Source of the DNA: Gemmatales bacterium
GTDB lineage: Bacteria; Planctomycetota; Planctomycetia; Gemmatales; HRBIN36
DNA length: 64,000 nucleotides
Reading direction: 5' to 3'
NCBI GenBank assembly: GCA_041640595.1
Contig: JBEPZY010000002.1
Coordinates: 340,651-404,650 of the forward strand
Part shown: piece by piece, positions 1-8,713 of the stretch
How the letters are laid out: the number at the start of each line of letters is the position of its first letter
Numbering within the stretch: position 1 is the stretch's first letter
Notes under the pieces: generated by a model
Seen by the model: only the letters and a program-made list of their open reading frames with translations
Told to the model about the DNA's origin: nothing
Database searches by the model: none
Translations under genes and position numbers: made by a program

Positions 1-176
1 AGCGCTATCCAGGCTGACCCAAAAATCTTCGTAAACCGACCGTGGTGTGCACAGCGCACCCATGGCTGAGAAACGCACCTATTGCACGGCTGCCGACCGA
101 AGCTCGTTTTGACATTGATTTTGTCTGATGACACTGAGAAACGCACATACTGCACGGCTCGCGACTCACGAACCAA

Positions 177-2194
177 GAGCGGCTGGTGTGAGCCAGCCGT
201 GGGAAACATAACGCCGTTGCAGGTCGCAATCGCGCATCAACCGTGGTATGCGTGCCTGCAACCAGGAGCGGCTGGCGTGAGCCAGCCGTGGTTTCGGAAA
301 CGCGCTGGTAACGGCAACACCGCAATTGTCACACAGGGGCGGCCCGCCGATCGTCCGTAGGCGAACGCCGTCGCAATTGCGTTACCAAACCCACGGCGGG
401 CTCACGCCCGCCGCTCTGATTGTGTGTTCGCCAGTCGCCGAAGATAAGGCGATTATGACCGCTTGACTCTCGGTTCACCGAACCACGGCGGGCTGACGCC
501 CGCCGCTCTTTGTGGGCCTGCGTTTGTGCATCGCAAAAATCGTTTTTTCGTCGGCAAACGTTCGCACTGCAACACAAGAGCGGGGGCGCTAGTCCCGCGT
601 GGAGAACATAACGCCGTTGCACATCGCGACCGCGCATCAACGGCGGTATGCGTGCGTGCAACCAGGAGCGGCTGGCGTAAGCCAGCCGTGGTTTCGGAAA
701 CGCGCTGGTAACGGCAACACCGCAATTGTCACACAGGGGCGGCCCGCCGATCGTCCGTAGGCGAACGCCGTCGCAATTGCGTTACCACACCCACGGCGGG
801 CTTACGCTCGCCGCTCCTGATCACGACGCTCGTCATGTGCGACGAATTCGCTTTCCGCTGCCAGTGCGTTGCCACTACCACGGCGGGCTCACGCCCGCCA
901 CTCTTTCTGGGCGTGCGTTTGTGCATCGCAAAAATCGTTTTTTCGCCGGCAAACATTCGCAACGCATACAAGAGCGGGGGGCGTAAGCCCCCCGTGGCAA
1001 CTATTAACACGAATGCAACGGCAATCCGCACATACACCGTCGGCGGTCCGGCGAACAACCGCGCTTGTGTCTGCGCTAACGCGTTTCCACACCCACGGCG
1101 GGCTCACGCCCGCCGCTCTCGTGAAGGTGCGTTCGCATATCGCAAAAATCGTCATTTCCTCGGCGATCGAACACCGTGCAACCAGCAGCGGCTGGCGTGA
1201 GCCAGCCGTGGTTTCGGAAACGCGCTGGTAACGGCAACACCGCAATTGTCACACAGGGGCGATTCGCCGATCGTCCGTAGGCGAACGCCGTTGCAGTTAC
1301 GTTACCACACCCACGGCGGGCTAACGCCCGCCGCTCCTGATCACGACGCTCGTTATGCGCAACGAATTCGCTTTCCGCTGCCCGTGCATTGCCACTACCA
1401 CGGCGGGCTTACGCCCGCCGCTCTGATTGTGTGTTCGCCAGTCGCCGAAGATAAGGCGACTATGACCGCTTGACTCTCGGTTCACCGAACCCCGGCGGGC
1501 TGACGCCCGCCGCTCCTGATCCTGACGCTCGTCATGCGCTACGGATTCGCTTTCCGCTGCCAGTGCGTCGCCACTGCCACGGCGAAGCGACGCCCGCCGC
1601 TCTTTGTGGGCGTGCGTTTGTGCATCTCAAAAATCGTTTTTTCGCCGGCAAACGTTCGCACTGCAACACAAGAGCGGGGGGCGTCAGCCCCCCGTGGTTA
1701 CGCGACCGTGATTGCAATGACGTTCACCAGCCCATCGGTGACAGTCTCCCGCGACTTAGCGGTATTGCCCTTGCAAGTGCGTTTCCGCACACCACGGCGG
1801 GCTTACGCCCGCCGCTCTTTGTGGGCCTGCGTTTGTGCATCGCAAAAATCGCTTTTTCGCCGGCAAACGTCCGCACTGCAACACAAGAGCGGGGGGCGTC
1901 AGCCCCCCGTGGTAACTATTAACACGAATGTAACGGCGACCCGCACATACACCGTCGGTGGTCCGGCGAACAACTGCGCTTGTGTCTGCGCTAACGTGTT
2001 TCCACACCCACGGCGGGCTCACGCCCGCCGCTCCTGATCCTGACGCTCGTCATGCGCAACGAATTCGTTTTCCGCTGCCAGTGCGTTGCCACTACCACGG
2101 CGAAGCGACGCTCGCCGGTCGCACTGCGGGTGTGGTAAATCAGCAGGGCTTTCTCGTGGTTGCCACTACCACGGCGAAGCGACGCCCGCCGCTC
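177..2194. repeat. REP/BIME-like mosaic array 1 (21 palindromic units joined by recurring linker modules)
   Basis: Unit CCACGGCGGGCTNACGCCCGCCGCTC or its reverse complement at ~177, 266, 391, 483, 578, 666, 791, 878, 972, 1093, 1187, 1311, 1398, 1491, 1577, 1672, 1792, 1887, 2008, 2095 and 2169; linkers recur with high identity. Confidence 0.92.
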
Positions 2195-2428
2195 CGGGTT
2201 GTGATCACAGTGCGGGGGAGGGAAAGTGGTGGCAAAGTTTGCGGCGTGTGCCGGGAGTGAGGACGGGTTAGCTGACCGTTGCCGATACCCGACGACGATA
2301 TGGCGGAAGCTGTTGGCCAGCTCTGGCCGATCCCTGCCACAGAGCGATGGCTCTGCAGCAGACGAACTACTGCCGGCATAGCTCATCCGCACTGCTTTCA
2401 GGATGCGAATGTCAGCTTGAGGAGAAGC

Positions 2429-2998
2429 ATGTTGGTTGGCGAATTGCTGCTGGTGGCAATGCTGTTACAGGCGGACAGGGTTCCTGAAGAGTGGGTCAGA
2501 CTGGCACAGTCGCCGGAACGCTGGCAGGTCATTTCGCCGTTACTGGTCGGGATCGCACTACAGTGGGAGCTTCTCGATCCGCGAGAATTGCCCTATGTTC
2601 TGAAGCAGCCCGAAGCGTTCGCCCAGGACTTGGAAATGCTGCGACAGCGTTACCGCGACTTGGCCGATGCTCCATCCCTAGCCGATACTGCATTGTTCCC
2701 GACATACCAGCACATTCAGCCGCTTTTGAGTTTCAACCGTGCCTGCGCCCGCTGGTTCGACGACCATTACGCCGGGTGCCAGCGAATTCCCCCCGATAAA
2801 CTGGCCTATCGCCGCGAACTCGACGAACTGTACCACATCTGGGACACTCTCCGCGAGGCTCAATGCGAGTATTACATGCTGACGGTGCGGCGACAGTGCT
2901 TGAAACAGTTGCGGCAGTTACTGGGCGAGGAGGCGTACCAGCGGGGCGAACTGCCTCCTCCGGTTCCTTTCCAGCGGTTTGCCTGGCGCGAACAGTAA
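2429..2998 (+). CDS. hypothetical alpha-helical protein
   Basis: ORF 2279..2998; ATG at 2429 follows GAGGAG; protein-like composition (YRRELDELYHIWDTLREA...LPPPVP). Confidence 0.75.
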   Translation: MLVGELLLVAMLLQADRVPEEWVRLAQSPERWQVISPLLVGIALQWELLDPRELPYVLKQPEAFAQDLEMLRQRYRDLADAPSLADTALFPTYQHIQPLLSFNRACARWFDDHYAGCQRIPPDKLAYRRELDELYHIWDTLREAQCEYYMLTVRRQCLKQLRQLLGEEAYQRGELPPPVPFQRFAWREQ

Positions 2999-3328
2999 CC
3001 GGCAAGCGGAACGTTAGCGCGAGTGTCTCCCGATCCTCCGACGGCCACATCTGCGCAATTGTCAGCCGAGATAACACGTCTATGCGGTCGCGGCGGTCGC
3101 ATACGTTTCGTCAACCCGGTGGGGAAAACTCGCCGTCATCGTCTCGCCCACTTCTGCGGTCAGCCGACGTGTTGCCATAATGATTGGGCCGGCCGATAGC
3201 GGGGAGCCTTTTCCGTTAATCGCCCCTTAATCGTCGCGGGACTATTATGCGGAGGGACAAGGGAGGCGCGGTGCCTTTCGCCCGGAATATTCCAACAAGT
3301 GTGCTGCCAGGCACAAAGGAGGCTGAGC

Positions 3329-4087
3329 ATGCGCTGGTGTGTGGGGATTACGGTCGCAGCGATGCTGTTCGGGTTGGGGGTAACCTTCGGGCAAGAACGC
3401 TCGGACAAACCCGGCGGGGAAAAACCTGCTAAGCCGGAGTTTAAACCTCCCTTTTTCGGTCGGGGGCCGGGCTTCGGTGGTTTTACGCCACCGGCCAATC
3501 GAGAAGAGGCAATTCAACGAGTTCGCCAGCAACTCGAACGAGCTCGCGAAATGGTCAAGCAGCTGGAAGGTATGTTAAGTCGGCTGGAAGCGGAACAACG
3601 CGCTGGCGATGCGCGTCGGGAAGAGCCCCGACGAGAGGCACGTCCCGGAGACAAGCCGCCAGCCGCTCGGGAGACCCGCCCCGGTTCCGATCGTCGTGAT
3701 GGCAAGCCGGAAGCCAGACCGCCCGAGAAACCTCCGTTCCGCAAACCAGAACCTCGCCGGGATGACCACGCTCGCCGACCAGCACCGCCGCCGCAGTTTT
3801 CGGGACGGTTTGGCTGGTGGGGACGCGGACGGTTTGGCCCAGGGTGGGGCCGATGGACACCGCCTGGCTGGGGGCGGTGGGGAATGCCTGGTTGGGGCCG
3901 CTGGGCACCGCCAGCCCCTCGGTTCGGACGATTCGGTCCTCCCGCCTGGCAACGCGGGTGGGCTCCTGGTCAGCCAAGCTGGCGGGGTCCGGAACGATTT
4001 CGCCGCGATTCCGACCTCGAGGCCCGACTCGATCGAATTGCCCGTGAGCTGGAAGAAATCCGCCGCGAACTCCGCCAGAGACGCTGA
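3329..4087 (+). CDS. exported low-complexity protein with coiled coils and PGWGRW repeats
   Basis: AAGGAGG RBS before ATG 3329; signal-peptide-like N-terminus; C-terminal heptads LEARLDRIARELEEIRREL. Confidence 0.75.
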   Translation: MRWCVGITVAAMLFGLGVTFGQERSDKPGGEKPAKPEFKPPFFGRGPGFGGFTPPANREEAIQRVRQQLERAREMVKQLEGMLSRLEAEQRAGDARREEPRREARPGDKPPAARETRPGSDRRDGKPEARPPEKPPFRKPEPRRDDHARRPAPPPQFSGRFGWWGRGRFGPGWGRWTPPGWGRWGMPGWGRWAPPAPRFGRFGPPAWQRGWAPGQPSWRGPERFRRDSDLEARLDRIARELEEIRRELRQRR

Positions 4088-4246
4088 CTCGGCTTGCTTA
4101 TCCATTCACTTTGCCCGACTATGTGAGCCCTTTCAAGCCGTCCCACGTAATTTTTGCACGGGAGATGAGAATGGGGCAAGCGCTCGGCTTGCCTCATTCT
4201 CTTGGGAAAGGCAAGCGGGTACTGCCTCGGTTCTGGGATGACGACC

Positions 4247-5257
4247 CTAGCGGCTCGGCTGGACGGAAACGAGTTCGAGCTCGGCAATTTTGCGTTGGTC
4301 TTTTGGCGAGGTTCCACCGATGGCCAGTAACTTGTCCTCAGAAACCGCGACCAGGCGATGAGTGAAGCGTGGGGTGGTGAGGTGGGCAACTTCCTGCCAG
4401 CGCTCTTCAGCTAAACGGTAAATTTTGCCATCCGCCGGGCTCAGGTAGAGCTGACCTCCCGCCACGCAACAGGCCGGACTGAAACCGTTCCTGGCATTTC
4501 CAGGCATTTGCGGCCCGGTGCTCCAGGTGTTGTTCTGCGGATCGTAGATGTGCACCGCCAGGGTCGGCATCTTTTCGTTGGGTCGCAAACCACCCATCAC
4601 ATACACTTTGCCGCGATAGGCAACAGCTGCGAACGCCCGACCTTGAAACGGCTGGGAAATGGTTCGCCAACCAGCCTGGGGTTGTTCCAGGTCCAGCACC
4701 AGAGCTGTATCATGCCAGCGCGGTGGCTTGTTTTTGCCTTGCAGGCACCAGCCACCGATTACGAAAATGCGCTGACCCACAACCACTGCGTCATGCGAGG
4801 AGCGACCTTCGGGCAGGCTTGGGAATGGTTCCCATCGCTTCTTAGCCGGATCATACATCGCGCAGTTGGTCACCGAAACCAGGTCATTTTCCTCTCCGGG
4901 ACGGTTCCGCGCTTGCGAGCCGCCCAGACGGTAGAGCTTCCCCTGGTGCGCTACCAGAGCCGGGCTCAACAACCCTAAGTCGCTTGGCAATTCTTCCCAG
5001 CGGGTTCCCCCGTTCAGGTTCAGGCGATGAAAAGTGCCCAGAACGTCCTCACACGAATAGACATGAGGTTGGCCGGAATGCCCCCCGTAAACGTAAACCC
5101 ACCCTTCGCACACTGCCACTCCAGGATTGGAAACCGCTTTTGGCAATGGCGGATAGTTTCTGCTTTCCTGAGCCTGGCCGGAGGGCGCACGCCCGACATC
5201 CGCGTGCATGCTAGCCAGCACCAGCAGCGATACTCCCAGCATGATTCGCTTCGGCAT
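4247..5257 (-). CDS. exported Kelch-repeat protein
   Basis: Repeated YVYGG/YRLGG/FVIGG/YVMGG...W Kelch motifs; signal peptide MPKRIMLGVSLLVLA; AAGGAG RBS. Confidence 0.88.
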   Translation of the reverse strand: MPKRIMLGVSLLVLASMHADVGRAPSGQAQESRNYPPLPKAVSNPGVAVCEGWVYVYGGHSGQPHVYSCEDVLGTFHRLNLNGGTRWEELPSDLGLLSPALVAHQGKLYRLGGSQARNRPGEENDLVSVTNCAMYDPAKKRWEPFPSLPEGRSSHDAVVVGQRIFVIGGWCLQGKNKPPRWHDTALVLDLEQPQAGWRTISQPFQGRAFAAVAYRGKVYVMGGLRPNEKMPTLAVHIYDPQNNTWSTGPQMPGNARNGFSPACCVAGGQLYLSPADGKIYRLAEERWQEVAHLTTPRFTHRLVAVSEDKLLAIGGTSPKDQRKIAELELVSVQPSR

Positions 5258-5364
5258 AGCTGTCTCCTTTTTCTGGGGGTTTAGGTTGGATCGGTCAGTA
5301 TAGCAATGGGCTGCGGATAGCATGGTTTTTCCTCCTGGGGGTCATGTGATGCACGCCTGTTTGG

Positions 5365-5601
5365 TTATCGCGGACGTGTACGCTGGTACTGTTCGGTGGC
5401 CTTTGCTGGGTCCATCTGCACTTCCAGAGGAATTTCCTGGCTATGGCTAGAAGTGGCGGAATTCGTTGAAGGGGCTTTTTCCCGACCGCATCCCAGGACG
5501 ACCAGGATGCAGGCTATGACCACCACCAGGCAGGCTATCGAAATAGCGCTTTGGAGCCAGTGTGGCAAACGAGTAAGCATGTGCTTTTGCTCCGCTACCA
5601 C
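5365..5601 (-). CDS. small lipoprotein downstream of DUF1559 gene
   Basis: Hydrophobic stretch ending in VLGC lipobox; start overlaps the DUF1559 stop (alternative ATG 7 codons later). Confidence 0.65.
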   Translation of the reverse strand: MVAEQKHMLTRLPHWLQSAISIACLVVVIACILVVLGCGREKAPSTNSATSSHSQEIPLEVQMDPAKATEQYQRTRPR

Positions 5602-6692
5602 TCCGTGGTTACGACCTCGTTGCCGTCGCGCGTGCCAAGTGCCTGATAGATGGTGAGATTCATAGCGTTGCGGAGAAATCGCATGGAATTGTCGGCAAAC
5701 AGGAAGTTGGCTCCACCGGAATGATCGCTGCGAAAAGCACCGAGACGTTCGACCACGCTGTAGCCGCTAGCCGGGTCAATGGAATTGAGCGGTATGCCAG
5801 TGCTGCCAAAACTGAAGCTGGCGTAACCCCAGACCCACTGGGTGTTGCCCCCTCGTCGCAAACCGGCGTACGGTCCCGAAGTGAAATAGTAATCCGGAAG
5901 CTGATAACCCATCTCCCCGGCCAGGAAAGTATTGGAGGTGCCATCAGTAATTTGCGCTATGGCCACGCCGGTCTGATTCAGAGGGGTCCCGTTTGTTAGA
6001 GCTTCTCGCACGAAAACACCGTTGTCATAAGGGGGATTGAAGTTACCTCCTCCGAGGTCTTCGCCCGGTGCTCTAAACGGGTTGCGATGGTTGCCGATGC
6101 ACACCGCGTAACTCGACCAGCCGGGCATAGCCTGAGGTGTAGGAGGTGGCCTCATGCTAGGACAGACGAAGATAGGCAGGCGCATCTGCCCTAAAGTCAG
6201 GTTGGAATAACCGTCGCCGTCGGCATCGGTGGAGTCATCGGGCCGAAGATTCGGGTCGTAGCGACGGGCGACACTGTCAACTTCCAGGTACGGCAGGATC
6301 AGGGTAAAGGCCGAGTTGAAGGTCGGCTGGCCGCTATACAGACGATTGATGGTGGGAAAGGCGCCGGTGGTGTCGTGATACATGTGCATAGCCAGGCCAA
6401 TTTGCCGAAGATTGTTGCCACAGCGTGCCCGATTGGCTGCTTCCCGTACCCTCTGGATGGCCGGAAGTAACAGACTCATCAACAGGCCGATGATGGCAAT
6501 CACCACCAGGAGTTCGATAAGCGTAAATGCGCCAACGCAACCAGGGAACCCTTCCACACGCCCCAGGACACACCGTACCCGACTGCCCGGTTGGTGGGTG
6601 AATCCGTTTACCGTTGGGTGCTGGGGTATGGCCGTTCGCCGCGCTTGCACACTTGGGCGGAAAGTCAGTCTGAAGGTAGCGACTCGTTGCAC
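5595..6692 (-). CDS. DUF1559 family prepilin-like protein (planctomycete type)
   Basis: AFTLIELLVVIAIIGLL...REAANRARCGNNLRQIGLAMHMYHD; ITDGTSNT; FRSDHSGGANFLFADNS; GTG 6692 preceded by AAGGAG. Confidence 0.93.
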   Translation of the reverse strand: MQRVATFRLTFRPSVQARRTAIPQHPTVNGFTHQPGSRVRCVLGRVEGFPGCVGAFTLIELLVVIAIIGLLMSLLLPAIQRVREAANRARCGNNLRQIGLAMHMYHDTTGAFPTINRLYSGQPTFNSAFTLILPYLEVDSVARRYDPNLRPDDSTDADGDGYSNLTLGQMRLPIFVCPSMRPPPTPQAMPGWSSYAVCIGNHRNPFRAPGEDLGGGNFNPPYDNGVFVREALTNGTPLNQTGVAIAQITDGTSNTFLAGEMGYQLPDYYFTSGPYAGLRRGGNTQWVWGYASFSFGSTGIPLNSIDPASGYSVVERLGAFRSDHSGGANFLFADNSMRFLRNAMNLTIYQALGTRDGNEVVTTEW

Positions 6693-7100
6693 AGCGGTCT
6701 CCTTGTTGATAGGTTTGTAGATGCTACTGCGACGCAGTATCATTATATTGGCGATGACGAACCTTGGCAAGGGTGGTTCACCAAATTTTTATGTGGAGGG
6801 CTGATTCCCCTAAGGTAGGTCGAAAGTTCTTGCTTCTGAAATAGTTCTTAGCGTGACCTTATAACCGAAAACTGACGACGAAAGGCGGCATCCATGATGA
6901 TGAAATTGTGTGTCAACAATGTCGTGGGGCAGCAGCATCGGTGATGTCTGCGGGCGCTACTCGGGAACAGCGTAGGACACTACTGCCGATTGGCTTGCAA
7001 CGGTTTCTTTCCCAGCAGGCCCGTGATAATAAGGGAAAAATGAGTTCGGCCTGGCAGCTAACCTGAATATTGGATAAAACGGCGAATGGGAGGATTGCGG

Positions 7101-7895
7101 ATGCCCGTGGTGAGGCGGATTGTCATTTTTCCGATCAAGGCTCTGGATCCGCTGGAATGTGAGGAAGTGGAGCTGCTGCCCGGCGGGCCGATCGCCGGGG
7201 ATCGTCGCTTCGCCCTGTTCGATGCCCAGATGCGCTACGTCAACGGCAAACGTTACCCCGCCGTTCACCGCCTGCGCGTGCGGTACAGCCGCGACCTGCG
7301 AACGGCCTGGTTTCGCATCGAAGGCGAGAGCACCGAACACCGCTTCGATTTATACGAGCAACGCGCAGCTCTGGAGGATTGGCTGAGCAGCTATTTCGGA
7401 TTTGCCGTGGTCGTCAAGGAAGACGCCGCGTTTGGATTTCCTGACGATCGGGAAGCTCCCGGGCCGACGGTCATTGCCACGGCGACGTTGCAGGAAGTAG
7501 GAAGCTGGTTCGGTCTGGACCTGAATCAGGCTCGGGGGCGATTCCGTGCCAATCTGGAAATCGGCGACACCGAGCCGTTCTGGGAAGACCGTTTGTATGG
7601 CCGGGCCGATGAGGTGGTGCGGTTTCGCATCGGCGAGGTGGTGCTGGAAGGGACGAATCCGTGCAAACGCTGCGTGGTTCCCAGTCGCGATCCATGGACG
7701 GGTGAGGCGATCGCGGATTTCGTGGCTCGCTTTGTGCGCCACCGAGCCGAGACCTTGCCTGTCTGGGCGGAACGATCGCGGTTTCAGGACACGTATTACC
7801 GGCTCATGGTCAACACCCGACCGCTGGCCGACAAACCTGGGGGCAGGCTGCGCGTGGGGGATACGGTGGAAATTCTCGGCACATTCGCCAGGTAA
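7101..7895 (+). CDS. MOSC domain-containing protein
   Basis: IFPIKAL, GDRRFAL, RFRANL, PCKRCVVPSRDP motifs; GGAGG RBS. Confidence 0.88.
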   Translation: MPVVRRIVIFPIKALDPLECEEVELLPGGPIAGDRRFALFDAQMRYVNGKRYPAVHRLRVRYSRDLRTAWFRIEGESTEHRFDLYEQRAALEDWLSSYFGFAVVVKEDAAFGFPDDREAPGPTVIATATLQEVGSWFGLDLNQARGRFRANLEIGDTEPFWEDRLYGRADEVVRFRIGEVVLEGTNPCKRCVVPSRDPWTGEAIADFVARFVRHRAETLPVWAERSRFQDTYYRLMVNTRPLADKPGGRLRVGDTVEILGTFAR

Positions 7896-8077
7896 CGCCG
7901 GTGTAGTGTTCAACGATCGGCTTGTTCAACGGTGCATCGGAATACCGCTTGGCCGCTGGTCTCTGGTCGCCAGTTCATCTCGGCCCACTGGGCAGCATTG
8001 CTCCGACCAGGAGGATTGAAAGCAACGTCGGGAGGACGGAAAGCAACGTCGGTACGCAACGCTCCGCTCGACCGTGG

Positions 8078-8560
8078 TCAATGGCTGTTCAAGCCAGGAG
8101 GCGACGGGGAACCGTTGCCCGGTCGGTCAAAATAACCGAGAAATTCCAGGCGCACTTCCGCCAGCCGGAAGCCGTGCTGGCGGAACAAATCAGCCAGTTG
8201 CGTTTGCAATTGTTCGGGCAGAGAAATGGGTTGGGGCAATTCCAGATCGCGTACCTCGCCGGTACGCAGGTCGCGGAGGTGATAGTGAAGGTCGGTGCGA
8301 TGATCGTAGCGGGCCGGGCCATCCCCGTTGGCCAGTTTCGTGGCTTTGCCACAGGCGACCAGCGCTTCCAGGCATTTATAGACCGTGGCCAAACTGATTC
8401 GCGGAATACGCCTGCGAACGGCCTGGTACACTTCCTCGGCGGTGGGATGGTTGTGGACGGAACGGAGGTATTCGTAAACGGCCTCGCGCTGGGCGGTATA
8501 GCGCAGGCCGGCAGCGGATAAAGCCTCGCGCAAGTCGCCGCTGTCACCGAGTTGCTTCAT
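8078..8560 (-). CDS. Fur family transcriptional regulator (PerR/Irr-like)
   Basis: GLRYTAQR, HPTAEEVY, ISLATVYKCL, RYD...HYHL motifs. Confidence 0.9.
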   Translation of the reverse strand: MKQLGDSGDLREALSAAGLRYTAQREAVYEYLRSVHNHPTAEEVYQAVRRRIPRISLATVYKCLEALVACGKATKLANGDGPARYDHRTDLHYHLRDLRTGEVRDLELPQPISLPEQLQTQLADLFRQHGFRLAEVRLEFLGYFDRPGNGSPSPPGLNSH

Positions 8561-8713
8561 CCGCCTGCTCCTTCTGCTTTAACGAGAACGCGGCCTCCTG
8601 GCCCGACATGGTTAGGGCAGACTCCTTTGCCGCACCACTGGCTGGCTCGACGCCAGATTCAGTTCGCCTCTTCGGAACGCTCCAGAATTTTCTACGCGAC
8701 TAAGCGGAAATTG

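Noticed and set aside
177..2194. REP mosaic as a CRISPR array
   Set aside because: Repeats alternate in orientation, the linkers are 60-100 bp and reused many times, and no cas genes are present.
5..2392. Many 60-170 aa ORFs (HGGLTPAAL / TAGSRPPL / RAAGVSPPW peptides) here and in the other REP arrays
   Set aside because: They are translations of the palindromic repeats in all six frames, with no RBS, consistent frame or protein-like composition.
8018..8052. 14-bp direct repeat GAAAGCAACGTCGG x2
   Set aside because: Only two copies, between convergent gene ends; no evidence of function.
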